A stretch of 55,087 bases of DNA from Bacteroidota bacterium (GTDB lineage Bacteria; Bacteroidota; Bacteroidia; Bacteroidales; UBA4417), in the NCBI GenBank assembly GCA_037128115.1, contig JBAXXB010000002.1:1-55087 (forward strand). The letters run 5' to 3'. The notes beneath the pieces were generated by a model. It saw nothing but the letters and a program-made list of their open reading frames with translations. It did not search any database and was not told where the DNA came from. The translations under genes and the position numbers were made by a program. Within the stretch, counting starts at the first letter, position 1. Each line of letters starts with the position of its first letter. Shown in pieces: positions 9,778-18,300 of this stretch.

Positions 9778-9825
9778 AACATTATAATTATAAGTTAAAC
9801 TCCTTTTACAAAAAGCATACACAAC

Positions 9826-9854
9826 AAAAAAGGCCTCCCGATCCGGAAAGCCTT
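9826..9854 (-). terminator. Intrinsic-terminator-like hairpin inside the asnB leader (candidate attenuator)
   Basis: The minus strand reads AAGGCUUUCC-GGAUC-GGGAGGCCUU followed by UUUU. This is a 10-bp stem (two G.U pairs) with a 5-nt loop. It ends about 48 nt upstream of the asnB ATG, and no upstream minus-strand gene exists for it to terminate. Confidence 0.5.
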
Positions 9855-9886
9855 ACATATGATTTTTCAAACACAATACAGCTTTC

Positions 9887-9937
9887 CTAACCCGTGAGCG
9901 GATTATAATTAAAAACGATATTGGTATAAGTTGTCAT
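9887..9937 (-). promoter_or_regulatory. Candidate 16-codon leader peptide MTTYTNIVFNYNPLTG upstream of asnB
   Basis: ATG at 9937 and TAG at 9889-9887 on the minus strand. It carries 3 Asn codons (AAT at codons 6, 10 and 12). The stop codon overlaps GGAAAGC (9887-9881), which is complementary to the 5' arm (GCUUUCC) of the downstream terminator. Confidence 0.35.
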
Positions 9938-9961
9938 TTCGTCGCTGCTCTGTTAATCTTA

Positions 9962-9969
9962 CAAAGATA
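9962..9969 (-). promoter_or_regulatory. Bacteroidota-type -7 box TATCTTTG (TAnnTTTG) oriented toward asnB
   Basis: The reverse complement of CAAAGATA at 9962-9969 matches TAnnTTTG exactly, about 25 nt upstream of the leader ORF ATG. No clear -33 TTTG was seen. Confidence 0.35.
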
Positions 9970-10081
9970 GCATAAAGTATGTCCGGTTCTGCATATGAAG
10001 TAAAAATTAACCGTTTTACTAAAAACCTGCCTGTGGTGTCGTGCATAACTTGCTATCTTCGCAGTTCAAAACCAGGAAACC

Positions 10082-11470
10082 ATGAAACATTTACTCCGCA
10101 TCAGCGCCATCGTTTTCACTTTTATTCTGATCACCCTGGCCAGCCGGGCACAGGGCCTAGAAACCGCTGTTGCGATAAGAGATAACACCAGCGCGGTAAA
10201 TAAAAAAGAAATGGCCGACAAGGTAAGAGCCGAATTCCAGCATGCCTGGAAAGGGTATAAAACATACGCCTGGGGATATGACGCCCTGCAGCCGCTGACT
10301 AAAAAACCGCACAACTGGTATACCAAATCGCTGCTGATGACACCTGTGGATGCTTTCGACACCATGATACTGATGGGCCTTACCGATGAGGCAAAGGAGG
10401 CTAAAGAACTAATATTTAAAGATCTCGACTTTAATGTGGACATGGAGGTGCAGAATTTCGAAGTCTCCATACGCGTATTGGGTGGATTGCTTTCGGCCTA
10501 TGAACTCGATGGTGACCGGCGTTTCCTTTCGCTCGCCCAGGACCTGGCTGACCGGCTGATAAAGGCATTTAACTCGCCAACCGGTATGCCTTACCGCTTT
10601 GTCAACCTGAAGACCGGTGCCACCTCCGGACCGGTTTCCAACCCTGCCGAAATCGGGACATACCTGGTCGAATACGGAACGCTGAGCAAACATACGGGTA
10701 ATCCTATCTATTATAATACAGCCATGAAAGCCATGACGGCTCTATACGCTCTCCGCTCTCCGCTGAATCTTACTGCCGAAGAAGTGAACGTTGAAACCGG
10801 CAAGATCACCAGCCCGGAAAGTCATATTTCGGGTTGCATCGATTCGTACCTGGAATATATGCTCAAAGGTTCCATTCTTTTTAACGATAAGCAGCTGTCC
10901 GAAATGTGGACTCCCACCATCGAAGCCGTGAATAAATACCTGGCCGACCCGGGAGCGGATGGTTTATGGTACGGGCATGCTGATATGTATACCGGCAAGC
11001 GTACGGCCACCAACTATGGTTCCCTCGATGCTTTTTTCGCCGGCACCCTGGCCATGAACAACGACCTTGAAAGGGCCGCAGCGCTCCAAAACTCCAATTA
11101 CCGCATGTGGATGCTGCATGGCATTGAACCTGAAGAAATGAATTACAGCACCATGAAGGTTACTAACGGGTCCTATATATTACGCCCCGAAAATTTCGAA
11201 AGCGCATATTACCTTTACCAGTATACCAGCGATGAACTTTACCTCGAAATGGGCAAGACCATGTTCGAAAACCTGGTAAAATACTGCCGTACCGACGATG
11301 CTTATGCCGCCCTGAAAGATGTCACCACCATGGAAAAGCGCGATTATATGGAAAGTTTCTTCTTCGCCGAAACGCTGAAGTATGCATACTTACTGTTCGA
11401 TGAATCGGGGAAACTTAATTTTCACCAGGTGATTTTCAATACGGAGGCGCACCCGTATAAGAGGGGTTAG
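10082..11470 (+). CDS. Glycoside hydrolase family 47 (class I alpha-1,2-mannosidase-like), secreted
   Basis: Signal peptide MKHLLRISAIVFTFILITLASRAQG. GH47 blocks FQHAWKGYKTYAWGYDALQPL, SIRVLGGLLSAYEL, LRPENFESAYYLY and FFFAETLKYAYLLF. Confidence 0.85.
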   Translation: MKHLLRISAIVFTFILITLASRAQGLETAVAIRDNTSAVNKKEMADKVRAEFQHAWKGYKTYAWGYDALQPLTKKPHNWYTKSLLMTPVDAFDTMILMGLTDEAKEAKELIFKDLDFNVDMEVQNFEVSIRVLGGLLSAYELDGDRRFLSLAQDLADRLIKAFNSPTGMPYRFVNLKTGATSGPVSNPAEIGTYLVEYGTLSKHTGNPIYYNTAMKAMTALYALRSPLNLTAEEVNVETGKITSPESHISGCIDSYLEYMLKGSILFNDKQLSEMWTPTIEAVNKYLADPGADGLWYGHADMYTGKRTATNYGSLDAFFAGTLAMNNDLERAAALQNSNYRMWMLHGIEPEEMNYSTMKVTNGSYILRPENFESAYYLYQYTSDELYLEMGKTMFENLVKYCRTDDAYAALKDVTTMEKRDYMESFFFAETLKYAYLLFDESGKLNFHQVIFNTEAHPYKRG

Positions 11471-11494
11471 GGGTTGGGGATTAGGGATTGAGGG
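11463..11494 (+). repeat. TTAGGG/TTGGGG-like G-tract element (five G3-4 runs)
   Basis: GGGGTTAGGGGTTGGGGATTAGGGATTGAGGG. It overlaps the GH47 stop codon (TAG at 11468-11470). Confidence 0.8.
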
Positions 11495-11693
11495 TAAGTT
11501 TCCTACTTCAGGATGTTGAGCCTTCAGGTATAATAATTCAAAATGATGGTTCTTAGCAGTTTGTCCCTTGTTCTGCCGGATAGTTTGGTGTAAATTAATC
11601 AGAGCAAACATTGAACGTAAAAAGCTCCATATAGCCAAGCCTGCAATTTTCCTTCGCGCTCCCGCGGCATACCATCCCCGGCCGGGACACTGG

Positions 11694-12001
11694 GCTATAA
11701 CTTTGCATGGACGCAGTTCACCCCTTAATTCCCTGCCGCGGGTTTTCAGCTGATCAGTTTACCTCCGGGAACCCTGCCGCGGGTATGCAGCTGATTGGAA
11801 TGGACCGGGACACCCAGCCGCGGGTTTGCAGCTGAACAGTCTACCCACCGGAAACCCTGCCGCAGGTTTGCAGCTGATCAGTTTACTTCCGCGAACCCTG
11901 CCGCGGGTATGCAGCTGATTGGAATGGACCGGGACACCCTGCCGCAGGTTTGCGACTGAAAATTATACCCCCTGGAAACCTTGCCGCAGCTTTACGACTG
12001 A
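11694..12001. repeat. Non-coding phased tandem array: 7 copies of a 23-bp core every 41-42 bp (124-bp super-unit x2 plus decayed flanks)
   Basis: The core CCCTGCCGCGGGT(A/T)TGCAGCTGA starts at 11731, 11772, 11813, 11855, 11896, 11937 and 11979, with spacings of 41, 41, 42, 41, 41, 42. The inter-core segments also repeat (TCAGTTTAC.TCCG.GAA / TTGGAATGGACCGGGACA). A decayed copy sits around 11694-11720. Confidence 0.9.
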
Positions 12002-12331
12002 AAAGTATACGCCTTTATTTTCTGCCAACAACAGAAATCTTCTTCCCTTTAATGTTGCTATATCCCTTTTTCTTGTCTGCCTTTGGTACCTTATTAATAC
12101 GGGAAAAGGAAAGCTGACTTTCCTGGTTTCCGGAAAAATGTATCCCCCTGGCGGACGCAATATGCCAGGTATACCCTCAATATCATTTATCTTTTACCTG
12201 GTGAGGGTGATTTTAAAACAGTTCCTCAACTATTTATTAAAAAAATAATGCACCTTTAACACTCAAATGCTGAATTCATTTGTACATTAGCTGCTGAATT
12301 CCAGAACCGCAAATTCCAAATCTTTAACTAT

Positions 12332-15300
12332 ATGAAAAAATCTACTTTCCTGGCCGTATTCGTTATGGCTTTCATTTTTTTCGGCTTTCAGCAGCTTGGG
12401 AGGACTCAGACCCTTCTGCTGAATGAGAATTTCGATTATACGGCAGCCACGCTGTTGACTGCAAATGGTTGGGCAGCCCACAGCGGCGCGGGTACCAATG
12501 CTATAACAGTAACAGCCCCATTACCCGTTACCTATTCCGGGTACTTATCTTCCGGTGTAGGGAACGAAGTAACAGTGGTTGCAAGTGGAGAAGATGATAA
12601 TAAAACATTCACTTCCCAAACCACAGGGAGTGTCTATGCATCATGTCTGGTTAATATCACGACAGCTTCCTTGACTGGTGATTATTTTTTTCACTTTGGC
12701 CAAACTATAATTGGTTCAACATTCAGAGGGCGTGTATTCGTTAAAAAAGATGCATCCAACAACCTGGCATTTGGAATTGCCCAATCCACAACAGTGCCTA
12801 ATTACACAGCGTTTACTTACGCTTTGAATACTACTTATCTCTTAGTACTGAAACTTGATATTGTCAGTGGAACGGCTAATGATGTTGCTTCCATCTACAT
12901 AAATCCAACGCTTAATGCCGTCGAACCATCATCCGGATGGATAGCAAATACCGATGCCGCAGGTACCGATTTGACCGATGTTGGGTCTATAGCTCTCCGT
13001 CAAGGTACAGCAGGTAATACAACAACACTCAGACTCGATGGAATAAGGGTAGCCACAACCTGGGCTGATATTGTAGGATCGGCCTCATCAGCTCCAACCT
13101 GGACGGCAGGCTGGCCAAAAGCAGAAAACGCAGTTCCAGCTGGTTTTACCGCCAAAGTAAATATCAGCGTACCCGGTACATCCTATTTTGTAGTGCTTCC
13201 TTCGGGCGCCACGGCTCCTACTTCGGCACAGGTTAAAGCCGGGCAGAATGCCGCAGGCACTTCCCTTGCAGCCAACCTAAAAGGCACTATTGCCTGTGCA
13301 GCAGGCAGTACGGAATATACATCAGCCGTTACCGGGCTCAGCGGTGCAACTACCTATAATGTATACTTTGTTGCCCAGGATGTTAGTGCCAACCTACAAG
13401 CTGCACCGGTTATGGTTTCCGTTACCACAACCGCAAGCGGCATAGCCCCTGTAATTACAACACCCACTGCAACAAGTATCACTAATACCACAGCCCTGCT
13501 GGGTGGCAATATAACCTCCGACGGAGGAAGCGCACTCTCCGAGAGAGGCACCGTATGGAAATTATCGGCAGGCGTGGCTATAACGGATAACAAACTGGCC
13601 GAAGGCGGAACCGCAACCGGTATATTTACCCAGAGCCGCACGGGTTTACCGGTCAAAACAAAGATCTATTACGCAGCCTATGCCACCAACACGATTGGCA
13701 CTACCCTTTCGACCGAAGCTAACTTCTATACCCTGGCTAACGAACCCACTACCCATGTTACGGGTTTTGCTGCCGCACCGGTGAGCACCACAGCCATTAA
13801 CCTTAGCTGGACAGCAGCTTCCACAGGAGCCGATGGTTACCTTATCTTACAGAAGACGGGTGCCGTTGCACCGACCGGAACCCCGGCCGACGCCACGGGA
13901 TATATTGTTGGAGCTGTGGTTGGCGATGCCACCGTTGCTGCCGTTGTTACCTCGGGAGCTACGCTGCTGCAGGCCATCACAGGTCTTACAGGCGCAACCC
14001 AGTATTCATTCACCATAGTACCTTATGCATGGGACGGAACCAATGCCACTACCTATAACTACAGGACCACGGCAACCATCCCATCGGCCTCGGCTACCAC
14101 CAACACCCCTCCTACCAGCCTCTATACCTGGCAGGGTATCGATGGCGCCGCCTGGAATGTAGCTTCCAACTGGAACCCTACGCGTACCACCCCTTCGACT
14201 ATAGATGTACTGCAGTTTAACGACGGTACCACCAAAACGGTAACGGCGGTTCCTACCGAAACCATAGGACAGCTTATTTTTGCAAACAATACCATTGTTA
14301 ACCTCCAGAGTGCCGCAGCGGTAACTCTGACTATTGGTGGTTTCAGCGGCACCGACCTGGTAATTCCTGCCGGATGCGCACTGAACCTTAACGCCATCAA
14401 CGTAATCGCCATTAACCTGGCTACCGGGGCAACGGGAAGCATCAGTGGCAATGTGGCCTTCTCGTCTACCGCTGCAACGGCACACCGTCTCACGGCAGCG
14501 GATGCTGGTGGAATCACCTTCAACAGCGGTGCAACCTTTACTGCAGGGACCTTTTTCTCGGGTAATGCATTCGGTGCTACCAATGCCAACTCTGTGGTTT
14601 TTGCTGCAGGTTCAACGTATATCTGCCAGGCAGGTAGCAATCCTTTTGGCCTGGGGCAACCTGCCAGCGTGGTTGTTTTCCAGACAGGCAGTCTCTTTAA
14701 AATCATTGCTAACCTGACTCCTTCCTTATCCGGAAGAACCTATGCCAATATGGAAGTCGATTTCGTGGGCGCATCCCTTACCGCAACCGGCGGGGCTGCC
14801 ACTTCAGTCGACAACCTCACCATTACTAACGGGACCATGAACTTCAACATGACCGCCACACCGGGTCATGCCATAAAGGGAAATATAACTGTTGCTGCAG
14901 GCGGAATACTTAATTTTAACCCGCTTACTGCCGGTACCATTAACCTGGGCGGCACCTCCGCTCAAACCATCAGCAATGCGGGAACACTGACATTCAGCGC
15001 CCTGAGTACCATCAACGTAAACAATGCCGCAGGCATAGTGCTTAGCAGCCCGGTAACGATGACGAACCTTTCCCTGACCACCGGAAATATCACAACAGGA
15101 GCCAACACCCTTACCGTAAACACTTCCTTAACGGGCGGTTCGGCCACATCCTTTGTGAACGGTAAACTGGCACGCTTATACAGTGTAGCCGGCACCGCTG
15201 CCTTCCCTATTGGAAAAGGCGGAAACTATCGCCCGCTTACATTAAACTATAGTGCCATCGATGCTCCAAGCACGGTTACTGCCGAGCAGACCGAATCAGC

Positions 15301-18300
15301 ACTTACCGGGACACTGCCTGCCAACACCACGCTCTTCACCGACCGTTTCTGGACACTCAGCCAAACAGGGGCAACCGCATTCACTTACGATATCACCCTC
15401 GACGGCACCGGCTTTACTCCTACAGCCACACCTGTATTACTGAAAAAGGATGTGGCTACCATTACATCCTATAGCACTACTGGCGTTGCACCGGCATATA
15501 CCACCACCGGCCTGACCAACTTCAGCGATTTCGCTTTAGGAAATTACACACCTCCTCCAGTGATCACTTCCGCTCCTGCCACACTCACAGGATTTACTTA
15601 CATCCTGGGAGCAGGTCCTTCGGCGGAACAGACTTTCACCGTTTCGGCCGTGAACCTCACCGGCAACCTCGTTATCACGGGTACTGCCAATTACCAGATC
15701 TCGACCACCTCGGGAGCAGGTTTTACATCGCCAATCACCCTCAGCCCGACTTTAGGCACTGTAGCGAATACTACCATTTATGTAAGGTTAAAAGCTGGCC
15801 TAGCTGCAGGCGCTTACAACGGGGAAGTGATAAATATTACTTCGACCGGGGCAACTACCAAAACGGTTACCTGCAGCGGTAACGTTCTCAATCCTGTTTT
15901 GACTCTCGGCTCCCTTTCCGGTTTCGGCAATGTATGTATCAATACCACTTCAGGACCTTTAACTTTTACAATCAGCGGTTCCGACCTTACCACTGCCAAC
16001 GTAACAGTAGCTGCTCTTGCAGGATTTACTTACTCAACCACAGCGGGCGGAACCTATACCGCTTCACTGAGCCTGCCTCAGCCCGGCGGTGTGTATTCGG
16101 CAACCATCTACGTTAAGTTTTCCCCTACCCTGGTACAATCGTATAACGGCAATATCGCTGTAGGTGGCGGCGGAGCTCCTTCGGTGAACTGCGCAGCCAC
16201 AGGAAGCGGCATCAATACACCTCCTGCGGTTACAACAACCAGCCCTGCCACTTTAGTTACCGGCACCACAGCGAGCTGTAGCGGAAATGTAACCGATGGC
16301 GGCTGTGCAACCATTACTGCACGCGGTATCTGTTACGGAACCACGGTGAACCCTGATATTGCAGGCAGCAAGACTACCGAACCCGGCACTACCGGGGTGT
16401 TCACAAGCGCACTTACCGGACTCATTCCTGTCACCACCTATCATTACAGGGCATATGCAACCAGTAGCATCGCTACCACGTATGGTGCCGACTTTACATT
16501 CACAACACTGGCTGTAGCGCCAACGGTAATTACAAATGCCGCCACTTTAATCAGTGGAAACGGTGCTACTTTAAACGGCTCGGTGAATGCCAATAATTCA
16601 AGCACTGCCGTTACTTTCGAATATGGTACCACCATTGCTTACGGAACCATAGTAACCGCTACACCTAGCCCCGTGACCGGAACTTCAGCTACGGGTGTCT
16701 CCTATATACTCACCGGGTTAATCCCGAATACTACCTATCATTTCAGGGCAGTAGGCGTTAACGTGGCAGGCACAACCAATGGCCTCGACCTTAGCTTTAC
16801 CACTTCGGCCATTTTGCCGACCGTTGTAACCACTGCCGCAACCGGGATTACTTCGGTAGCAGCTAACCTGAACGGAACCGTAAATGCTAACAATGCCAGC
16901 ACAGTAGCTACATTCGAATATGGTACTACGGTAGCCTACGGTTCAGTTGCAACCGCAGTGCCGAGCCCTGTAACCGGAACATCCGCTACTTCTGTATCTT
17001 ATGCATTGAGCGGGTTAATTCCAAATACCACCTATCATTTCAGGGTTAAAGGTGTAAATATAGCTGGTACTGCCAATGGCAACGACCTCACTTTTACCAC
17101 AACAGCCCTCGCCCCTACAGCCGTGACCATCGCAGCAACAGCCGTAGGCCCTACAGCCGCTACACTGAACGGATCGGTAAATGCCAATAACCAAACCGCA
17201 ACCGTTACTTTCCAATATGGCCCGACTGTTGCCTATGGCACCACTGTAAATGCAGTGCCTAACACGGTTTCAGGAATGACAACCACCCCGGTTTCAGCAG
17301 CCATTACCGGCCTGGTGATCAATACCACCTATCACTTTAGGGTAGTTGCCGTAAACGGAACCGGGACCACCAACGGTAACGACCTTACTTTTGTTACCAA
17401 CTGCAACCCGGCTGACCCGGCAGGCGCAATCACAGGCCCTGTTAATGCATGCCAGTCCAGTAACGGTATTGTATACAGTGTCGGCCTTATCAACCAGGCA
17501 ACCAGCTATGTATGGACTGTTCCTGCAGGCGCTACCATAGTGAGCGGGAGCGGGACCAATTCTATAGTGGTTAATTTCGGACCAACGGCTGCTTCGGGTA
17601 ATGTTACCGTGTACGGTGCAAGTTCCTGCGGCAACGGGGCTCCATCCTCACTGGCTATTACGGTTTATCCTATTCCTGTCCCGGTAATCACCGGATCAGC
17701 AACAGCATGTATCACTGCAACTACCAATTTTTATTCCACACTTGCCGGCATGGTCGGTTATACCTGGACGGTTTCGGCAGGAGGTACCATTACAGCAGGC
17801 GCAGGAACCAATGCTATCACTGTTACCTGGACTACTTTAGGTGCAAAAACCGTAACCCTGAATTACTCTAATGCAGGTGGCTGCACAGCAGTGGCGCCAG
17901 CATCCTTCAACGTAACTGTGAATGCCATTCCTTCGCCGACGCTCAGCGGCCCTGCTGAACTTTGTGCAGGCGCATCCGGAGTAGTTTATACCACCGATGC
18001 CGGGTTTGCAAATTATGTATGGACTATTTCATACGGGGGAACCATTACTTCCGGTCTGAATACCAACGTAATAACCGTGAACTGGGCTACAGCCGGTTCC
18101 AGGACCATATCAGTAAACTACGCCAATGCATTGGGATGCAGCGCCACAACGCCTACCTCTCATGCCGTTACCGTACTTTCGGTTCCTGTTCCTATGATCA
18201 CTGGCGACAATGAAGTGTGCGAAGGCGCCACAGGTGTTACGTACAGTACACAAGCCAATAACGAAAATTACGTATGGGTGATTTCTGCAGGTGGTACCGT

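Noticed and set aside
9778-9822. Upstream extension of asnB (MYAFCKRSLTYNYNV-MCG...).
   Set aside because: Glutamine-dependent asparagine synthases need Cys as the first residue after Met removal, so the MCGIVG start at 9777 is correct. The extension would bury the nucleophile.
11463-11494. TTAGGG-type repeats as telomeres of a linear replicon.
   Set aside because: They are 30-nt internal patches flanked by ordinary genes on both sides, occur at several internal sites, and are far too short.
11731-12001. Possible CRISPR array (regularly spaced 23-bp direct repeats).
   Set aside because: The 'spacers' are only 18-19 bp and are themselves repeated in a three-step cycle (124-bp super-unit). 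No cas genes or leader are present. It is a tandem repeat, not a CRISPR array.
11919-12248. 109-aa plus-strand ORF (and the 65-aa antisense ORF at 11963-12160) between GH47 and the adhesin.
   Set aside because: It begins inside the tandem array and runs through AT-rich promoter-like sequence. It has no recognisable motifs and is most likely spurious.
14122-14706. Long antisense or shadow ORFs inside real genes: 14122-14706, 36754-37332, 41869-42549, 44981-45505, 51543-52163, and several of 100-160 aa.
   Set aside because: Each lies fully inside a gene with strong family motifs on the other strand, and their translations are compositionally odd (Arg/Cys/His-rich or repeat shadows). There is no evidence for overlapping coding.
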